Source: Trichoplax adhaerens | Taxonomy: Eukaryota; Animalia; Placozoa | Assembly (NCBI RefSeq): GCF_000150275.1 | Contig: NW_002060995.1 | Coordinates: forward strand, 1 to 6,554 | DNA length: 6,554 nucleotides | Direction: 5' to 3' | In this document: positions 1 through 6,554 of the stretch, piece after piece | How the letters are laid out: the number at the start of each line of letters is the position of its first letter | Numbering within the stretch: the first letter of the stretch is position 1 | The notes under the pieces: generated by a model | The model's database searches: none | What the model saw: the letters and a program-made list of their open reading frames with translations, nothing else | What the model was told of the DNA's origin: nothing | Program-made: the position numbers and the translations under genes

Positions 1-5
1 TCCAG

Positions 6-235
6 AAGTTGGAGCTTATTCACTAGTTCTGGCCACCGAATTTAATTCATTCAAGAAACCAAAATGCTTCTATTATATTCAAGAAGAATTTTGGTAAAAA
101 TTATAATTTTTCGGTTACCAGACAGTAAGCAATGACTAAACGTCAATTACTACTAATGAAATATACATTTTATTTTCTAGGAATGAAATTCAAGGGAAGA
201 TTGATCTACCTTTTAATTTTTATAACATGAGCTAA
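6..235 (+). CDS. ODC1: Ornithine decarboxylase-family gene, copy A: last two coding exons (6-93, 181-235); 5' part lies upstream of the window
   Basis: Acceptor tccag at 1-5, donor gt at 94, acceptor ttctag ending at 180. Spliced translation is (E)VGAYSLVLATEFNSFKKPKCFYYIQEEFW-NEIQGKIDLPFNFYNMS*, with TAA at 233-235. GAY...FNxF..P..YY is the C-terminal ODC motif (mammalian [22 protein letters not shown]). Confidence 0.85.
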
Positions 236-340
236 TTCATTAGAAAACATGTAATTAAGGTGTCTAATTCATTGTCTTAATTCACAATACTATATGTAAG
301 CAAGAATAGCGTAATATCTACTTGTGAAGAAATTGAAATG

Positions 341-346
341 AATAAA
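341..346 (+). promoter_or_regulatory. Candidate polyadenylation signal of ODC copy A
   Basis: AATAAA about 105 bp after the stop codon. The hexamer is common in AT-rich DNA, so support is weak. Confidence 0.3.
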
Positions 347-1841
347 TTACTTTAATTACCAATCATTAAAATGTACTGTATGTTTAGTGCTAGTGATACT
401 CTCGCCTGTGGGCATAGCATGGTATGACTATCCATTCCTTTTTGTATTCTACTATGCATACTTGATCTAATACGATACAAATACAAAATAGCTTCGGAAT
501 TCATTGATAATTATGATCGGAGTGCAATTACTATCAGAAATTAGATGATATTGTAGCTCATATGTCCCTTTCTGTTAATATAAAGTTGAGGGTGATTATA
601 ATAAAAGTTTTCTAACTTTCACTAGCGGTAAATGTTCTTATAAGTACGATGAATTTTTAATTGTAGTTCATTTGCGCAGATAATTTAGAAAACATTCAAA
701 TCATTATCAATTTTCTGTGATTTTAGCCTGTGGATACCGTATCTTTTGTAAATCTGATAAATTTTTAAGATATACTATCATCATCACAGATATAGAAGTT
801 ATAATGTATTAATGGGCGCGATTACAGATTCATTAATACGTTAAACACCAAAGAGGTGTAATCGTCGCATTCTATACAAAACCTTTTATGATATATTTTT
901 CTTATTTCCCATTGCCAGAAACTAGTAGTATCTCTTCAAGCTATCTCATAAAATAATGCATGTACTCTCCACAAGCAATAATATAACTGATAATTTATAT
1001 AATGGTTACGCTGCCAGTAATATACTTAGCTTATGATTTCTATTCTTTTCTCATAGTTAAACTAAATCAATATGTTATATGCGATTGTAGTAATACGTTG
1101 ATACTTTTATTTACTTCTTTATTTACGGCCATGAGAAGCTAATAATAATAGCTTAATGGGCTTCGAACAATACCATTAAGATTTTTAATATTAATCTAAG
1201 TTGATAGTTTTATAGAATTAGCACTTTAAAATGGAGTAAAATTTCAAAATTAATGAAAAATTTTTACCATCTTTATCGTCTAATAGAAGATTAGATCAAG
1301 AAACATTTAGAAATATGATTGCCTAATCAAAAATTAGTTAAAAAAATAGTCAATAATTACACGATTTAGCAAAGAAAGGTTTTGGATAATTCGAATAATT
1401 ATAATTATTTATACAGTGATAGTTGAAATGATTATAGGCCATTACGGCCGAGACTAAGCAGATGGATGATCATCGGATCATAAAATTCGTATAGAGAGTT
1501 CAAATCAAGGCATAAAACTCTAGACAGCTGTATAATGTCAATTTTACTATAGTGGTATGAACAACTTGGAAATAAATTAAGACATAATGGGAAAGTTGCC
1601 TCCTTGATATTTACTGACCACAAAGTCGACGCAATATCCATAATTCGTGTATTTGTACTTTTCATGTTAGAAGCTTTAAGAGTGCAGTATCAACTCAGAT
1701 CGATGATGGACATGGTAAATTATTGGCTTAGAATAGATTAAATTTATAGTAACATTACAATCAAAGGCCTTGCTTACATCTTGAAATATTGTCAAAAATT
1801 ACCTATTAAGCTTCTACGAAGTGACCTAAAATAATAGATGA

Positions 1842-2912
1842 CTACTGCCTAGGCGAATTAGATAAAGATGCTAGTGATGTGTCTAATTTGAGTGGAGCAG
1901 TGTAGGTTTCGATAGTCAGTTCGTCTTGAAGAATAGTAGTTTTTTGTTGTAGCATATTGACTTGAGATTTCAATGAACGGATTGTATCTTCTAATTCCTG
2001 TAAGATTTTAACCGCTTTTAAAATCATATCAAATATCTACGATATTGACTGTTAAGAGAGCTATTAGTCTAACTGTAAGTTAATGCTGAGCTATTGCAGA
2101 AAATCGGATTCATTGTGTTAAAATCTTGATATTAAATATGCAATGTACGTCGTTTACCTCTTTCATTTCTGCCGATATCATGTCCTTGATCCTATCCTCA
2201 TATTGTAATTGTAGCCTGGATATCTAATAACATGAAGAGTTAACCAGTTGGCAGAATATGTCAAAATCTGTATGTTCTTTCTCTGTGTATTAATTTACTC
2301 TAATTTGATCGTAATATAGTTCATAGTAAAACACATTGTAGTTTAGTACATGTAAAACTGTAAAATATGGAAAAATTGCAACAGAAATAAGATATACTGT
2401 TTAATTAGGCTAATTCTTCCTTACCTTTTCTTTAAATTCTCGTTCTTTCTGTAATGACTGCTTCTCAAGTAGTTGTATATTAGATTTCTGGTTATTAATT
2501 TCATCTTTAAGTGACTGAAATTAAGTAGATATCATAAAGAACTGCTGTTAGAGAATAGTCAGATTATTAACCATCTAAAACTGTAATAGTGTCTAATATT
2601 ACACTTCTTGCATGTCTTACTTAGTAATAAATAAATTATAAGAACTCATAACTGACCTTGACAATACAGGAGTGGCGCTTTTTAACATCTTCGATATCTT
2701 TTTGATTATTACCATAAATTTCGGCTAGTTGTTTATTGTGTTCATTTTGTAGACTAATCCAGATTAAAAGTGTTTACTTTAATATTTTTCAATAGCCAAA
2801 CTACAATAAATAGGCAACTGGATTACTAGAAAATTTATTTAAAAGATTAATAATTTTACTTTGAATTTTCTTCTTTCCATGCATAAGCTTGATTTTGCAA
2901 CATTTCTATTTT
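1842..2912 (-). CDS. CEP112: CEP112 (CCDC46)-like centrosomal coiled-coil protein: last five exons (2912-2860, 2753-2657, 2514-2425, 2223-2158, 1997-1842); 5' exons not found in the window
   Basis: All four introns are GT-AG with compatible phases (2,0,0,0). The 462 nt give 153 aa plus stop: KIEMLQNQAYAWKEENSN-LQNEHNKQLAEIYGNNQKDIEDVKKRHSCIVK-SLKDEINNQKSNIQLLEKQSLQKEREFKEK-ISRLQLQYEDRIKDMISAEMKE-ELEDTIRSLKSQVNMLQQKTTILQDELTIETYTAPLKLDTSLASLSNSPRQ*. This matches the vertebrate CEP112 C-terminus as I recall it (LKEENS ... ELEDTISSLKSQVNFLQKRASILQEELT). Confidence 0.85.
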
Positions 2913-2982
2913 CTATAATATTAGCGCAATTTATTAAAATCGATGGTTCTATTTAACACTTTTTTTAAATAACTACTTTTAG

Positions 2983-3775
2983 AAAGTGTTATACTACGTT
3001 AACGATAGCGTTTATGGGTGCCTTAATATTCTCCCAATTGATCATGCCCTAATTACTTTAAAACCGGTCAAAAGTAATATTCATGGCGAAGAAACTGCGG
3101 TTTTATTTGGTCAGACATGTGATTCCTTAGATTGTTTAATGAAAGAATATTTACTACCAAAGGTACTGAAATTTTTAGTAGTATAACAGACTCGTATATA
3201 CAATAAAATTATACTTATGACCTAGCTTCAAAAGGAACAGATTGTGACTAACGCGTCGTAAACGATATCTTCTAATACCTATATATTCGTTATCTATCGC
3301 CTTTTGAAATTATAAATTCAGCTTAACGCTGGTGACTGGGTATACTTCGAAGGTAAATAACTATTAAAAATCCTGTACTATCAAACGATATCTACAATCT
3401 ATACCCGTACTGAAGGTTTATCAAGAATGCTTTTATGTCATGTCCTACAAAGGTTTTGGTGATTATTAGTGACTAATTGCGATCATTCTCTCATATTATG
3501 CCTATATGTACTTGACCTTATTGGATTTACAGAAACTGGAGCTTATTCATTAAGCCTGGCATCCAAATTTAATTCATTCAAGAAGCCAAAATGTTACTAT
3601 TACATTCAAGAGCATTTATGGTAAGGTCCATTAGCATGATGCTACTACTACTCATCTCTCCAATGACAAACACCTGCATTAATAAATACCTTGAATTAAT
3701 AAGGTTTAAAATTTCATTTCTAGGAACGAAATTCAAGGAAAGGTTAATCTACCTTTTAACTTGATCACTAATTAA
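2983..3775 (+). CDS. ODC1: Ornithine decarboxylase-family gene, copy B: last four exons (2983-3162, 3322-3352, 3533-3620, 3724-3775); no 5' exons adjacent
   Basis: GT-AG introns with compatible phases (0,1,2). Translation: KVLYYVNDSVYGCLNILPIDHALITLKPVKSNIHGEETAVLFGQTCDSLDCLMKEYLLPK-LNAGDWVYFE-ETGAYSLSLASKFNSFKKPKCYYYIQEHLW-NEIQGKVNLPFNLITN*. Carries the ODC motifs YYVNDxVYG, GxTCDxLD, GDW and GAY. Confidence 0.9.
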
Positions 3776-3971
3776 ATTATAAGATAACGAATTGCTTTAG
3801 TTAATACTCTTATTTTGCCTTTATGGCTGAGTTTGCGTCCCTTTTTAGTTAATTCGCAATAGATTCAGTAAACTACACTATTTTTTACTCATCGCTGTTG
3901 ATAATACTGTCAATGATATAAGCCCAGATAACACACCAATAAATATGGAATATTTATAGTATCTCACATTT

Positions 3972-4082
3972 TTATAATGATATTCCTGGAATGACTACTG
4001 TCCGAAAACGGATAAAGCAGCAATGCAATATGGATTGATTGTTAATTGTATTTTGTAGATCAACTTTGTGATTACTGACTGT
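3972..4082 (-). pseudogene. Probable 3' tail of the SRCR-like pseudogene, separated from the rest by the tandem array
   Basis: The frame reading ...NQRLR*SSI through the repeat core continues without a stop into unique sequence as TVSNHKVDLQNTINNQSILHCCFIRFRTVVIPGISL*, with TAA at 3972-3974. Confidence 0.35.
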
Positions 4083-5190
4083 GATAGATGATCATCGAAG
4101 CCGTTGATTGTCCACATAGACTGCAGTATGAATCAATCCTATAGACTGCAGCATGAATGAATCAATCCACTAATTAGGATATAATTTCTCTTCTACTCAA
4201 ACTCTTTTCTTCTTCTTACATACTACTGGGATAGATGATCATCGAAGCCGTTGATTATACACATAGACTGCAGGATAAATGAATCCACTAATTAGGATAT
4301 AATTTCTCTTCTACCCAAACTCTTTTCTTCTTCTTACATACTACTGGGATAGATGATCATCGAAGCCGTTGATTGTACACATAGACTGCAGTATGAATCA
4401 ATCCTATAGACTGCAGCATGAATGAATCAATCCACTAATTAGGATATAATTTCTCTTCTACTCAAACTCTTTTCTTCTTCTTACATACTACTGGGATAGA
4501 TGATCATCGAAGCCGTTGATTGTCCACATAGACTGCAGTATGAATCAATCCTATAGACTGCAGCATGAATGAATCAATCCACTAATTAGGATATAATTTC
4601 TCTTCTACTCAAACTCTTTTCTTCTTCTTACATACTACTGGGATAGATGATCATCGAAGCCGTTGATTATACACATAGACTGCAGTACGAATGAATCAAT
4701 CCACTAATTAGGATATAATTTCTCTTCTACTCAAACTCTTTTCTTCTTCTTACATACTACTGGGATAGATGATCATCGAAGCCGTTGATTATACACATAG
4801 ACTGCAGTACGAATGACAATCCACTAATTAGGATATAATTTCTCTTCTACTTAAACTCTTTTCTTCTTACATACTACTGGGATAGGTGATCATCGAAGCC
4901 GTTGATTATACACATAGACTGCAGTATGAATGAATCAATCCACTAATTAGGATATAATTTCTCTTCTACTCAAACTCTTTTCTTCTTACATACTACTGGG
5001 ATAGATGATCATCGAAGCCGTTGATTATACACATAGACTGCAGTATGAATGAATCAATCCACTAATTAGGATATAATTTCTCTTCTACTCAAACTCTTTT
5101 CTTCTTCTTACGTACTACTGGGATAGATGATCATCGAAGCCGTTGATTGTACAAATAGACTGCAGTATGAATGAATCAATCCACTAATTA
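4083..5190. repeat. Tandem repeat array: 8 full units plus a 69-bp partial unit
   Basis: Units start (GATAG) at 4083, 4230, 4348, 4495, 4642, 4764, 4881, 5000 and 5122; lengths are 147, 118, 147, 147, 122, 117, 119, 122 and 69 bp. The basic unit is 122 bp, and the 147-bp units carry an internal 25-bp duplication (ATAGACTGCAGTATGAATCAATCCT). Confidence 0.98.
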
Positions 5191-5934
5191 TGATCTAAGT
5201 AGTGGACATCTTGAATCGCTGGATAATGATGATTGCGCCATATGCCCACCTGAGGGCGTTAAGATTACTGTTCCACTATTGCATGATGACAGTACTTTGT
5301 ACTGTGTATTGCATCAGTGCGGGAGAAGAAGCTGCAAATCTATGTCAGTCTTTGTATGCGATCGACAGTAGCGTCCAAGCCAAATGGGGCTACAGTGTAC
5401 AGTACATTGGTACTGAATTTCATTGTTGGTGTAGGAAAAGTTGGCACTGTAGTCGTTGGCGATAGGCAGGCTATATACGCGTATTGGCCCAATACCGGGT
5501 TTTGGCCGTAATATCCAATACCGGCAGTTTACCTTGGCGTTGAGCTCATCGTTGCAAGCTAGTCATCATTCTCCAATTGAAGTAGAATCATTTATTCTGT
5601 TGGTGGTTGGCTTGAACAGTATAGCAAAAATTCCGATAGTAGACGAGATTGATCGATTTCCAGGCCATCAAGAATTGCAATTAACGGCAGTGACGAGTCG
5701 TATAGTTGCAAAGAATTCAACAGTATTATCGTCCATTTTCCACTCTTTGCAAGTGGCCTTGGTGGGTGACGGATTCACTTTCAAACGTCGTCCAGTCTCA
5801 ACATTAACTTCAAAATTGTAGGCATGACTTATATAGTAATCCTACGCTGACTTAATCATAATTCTACTAAAGATTGTAACCTTGATCTTAATGAATTGAA
5901 GGAGAAGAATAGTCGTGAATAGCATACAGTCCAT
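5122..5934 (-). pseudogene. Decayed gene for a signal-peptide plus SRCR (scavenger receptor cysteine-rich)-like domain protein, possibly single-pass membrane
   Basis: From ATG 5934: MDCMLFTTILLLQFIKIKVTIFSRIMIKSA*DYYISHAY...IRLVTAVNCNS*WPG...GIFAILF...GE**LACNDELNAKVNCR...PIWLGRYC...NSGTVI. IGYYG and ICSFF...YCHH lie in shifted frames. Motif order follows the SRCR consensus (IRLV, GRVEV, GxWGTVCDD, AxVVCRxLG, PIWL, CxH, AGVxC). In-frame stops at 5842, 5668, 5566, 5563, 5314 and 5188. Confidence 0.55.
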
Positions 5935-6040
5935 GAAGGTCGTGAATATTTATTTCTCTTCAATTGACACACTATCAATCCATCTTTTCGTAGACTTTGA
6001 CACGTGTAGCTCATCTATTCAATTCAATAACGCCATCAGG

Positions 6041-6118
6041 ATGGAACGTGTGGAAATCGTACCTAATCTACCCCTACAGGAACTCATTGAAAAGAAAACG
6101 ACAGCGATGGACCAACAG
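6041..6118 (+). CDS. Probable first coding exon of a further ODC-family copy
   Basis: ATG in strong context (AGGATGG), 26 codons MERVEIVPNLPLQELIEKKTTAMDQQ, then a phase-0 donor CAG|gtaaat; a possible upstream acceptor cttttcgtag ends at 5993. ELIEKK resembles DILDQK of the mammalian ODC N-terminus, whose first coding exon, as I recall, also ends in phase 0 just before DDKDAFY. Sequence similarity alone is weak. Confidence 0.5.
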
Positions 6119-6332
6119 GTAAATTTATCATAATTGACCTGATAATATTAATGAACTGCATTTCATCTTCAATGAACTCGTACGGAAAATCATTTCATAT
6201 TCCAAATGAAGAGTACAGTGTACTGTACTATCATAAAAGTGAATTGTTGCTATAAATTAATCGCTGCGTTTTGCAGACATCCTTCATCCATTCAAAATTG
6301 TTATTATTATTAGAGATATTTCAATTTTTTTC

Positions 6333-6470
6333 TTTTTTCTTACGATCATCATTACTCTTGTCAAGAGAAGAACAACTTTTTCGCATCTAGGTCTAAAAAT
6401 ATTTTTGAATTATTTTTCTCTACAATCATCATTACTCTTGTTATCAAAAGAAGAACAACATTTTCGCGTC
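6333..6470. repeat. Two-copy degenerate direct repeat, period about 80 bp
   Basis: TACGATCATCATTACTCTTGTCAAGAGAAGAACAACTTTTTCGCATCT from 6341 versus TACAATCATCATTACTCTTGTTATCAAAAGAAGAACAACATTTTCGCGTCT from 6421. Confidence 0.9.
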
Positions 6471-6554
6471 TTATATAATTCCTACTTTTATTTTGCATCT
6501 ACTTGTGCTCATAATATTTATATTTACTCCACCCTTTAATGAAAATGCTTCTAT

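Noticed and set aside
1461-1475. GATGGATGATCATCG matching the start of the repeat unit (14/15)
   Set aside because: The similarity does not extend on either side and is mostly a short palindrome.
1432-1665. 77-aa - strand ORF as a gene or extra CEP112 exon
   Set aside because: CEP112 already stops at 1842-1844, and the ORF has no recognisable motif or splice support.
1625-1712. CTFHVRS in a + frame resembling the ODC motif VSFHVGS (a missing 5' exon of copy B)
   Set aside because: Only four residues match, the flanks are not ODC-like, and the frame is closed by a stop just upstream.
4083-5190. CRISPR array
   Set aside because: The intervening segments are near-identical rather than unique spacers, units are 117-147 bp, there are no cas genes, and the context is spliced eukaryotic genes.
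4083-5190. Repeated exon-intron cassette on the - strand (GTAAGA...CCTAATTAG, 50 nt)
   Set aside because: The would-be intron is shorter than any other here (87 bp or more) and purine-rich. The would-be exons contain stops in most frames, and their lengths do not preserve frame.
5171-5821. Four overlapping + strand ORFs from the track (5171, 5202, 5317, 5456)
   Set aside because: No recognisable motifs. They are best explained as antisense shadows of the less AT-rich - strand pseudogene.
5188-5934. Selenoprotein or TGA=Trp genetic code
   Set aside because: There is also an in-frame TAG, motif continuity needs frameshifts, and I recognise no SECIS. Ordinary pseudogene decay is simpler.
5915-6040. 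GTG-started extension of ORF 5915-6133, or an AZIN/ODC-type polyamine-responsive uORF ending in PPW
   Set aside because: No PPW-type motif is present. ATG 6041 has the better context, and the ORF end reads into an intron.

Overview
AT-rich eukaryotic (probably animal) genomic DNA with short GT-AG introns. I see no prokaryotic system, and most ORF-track entries are exon read-throughs or noise. In order: (1) the last two exons of an ornithine decarboxylase (ODC)-family gene (+, 6-235); (2) the last five exons of a CEP112-like coiled-coil gene (-, 1842-2912); (3) only 70 bp further on, the last four exons of a second, diverged ODC paralog (+, 2983-3775); (4) a 1.1-kb tandem array of 117-147-bp units (4083-5190); (5) a decayed, apparently intronless SRCR-domain gene (-, ATG at 5934) whose 3' part is interrupted by that array; (6) a probable first coding exon of a further ODC copy (+, 6041-6118). 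The main anomaly is two cleanly spliceable genes, both lacking 5' exons here, joined back to back at 2913-2982. This is best explained as a segmental-duplication junction in an ODC cluster; interleaved genes or misassembly are the alternatives. Family assignments come from recalled motifs, not from a database search.
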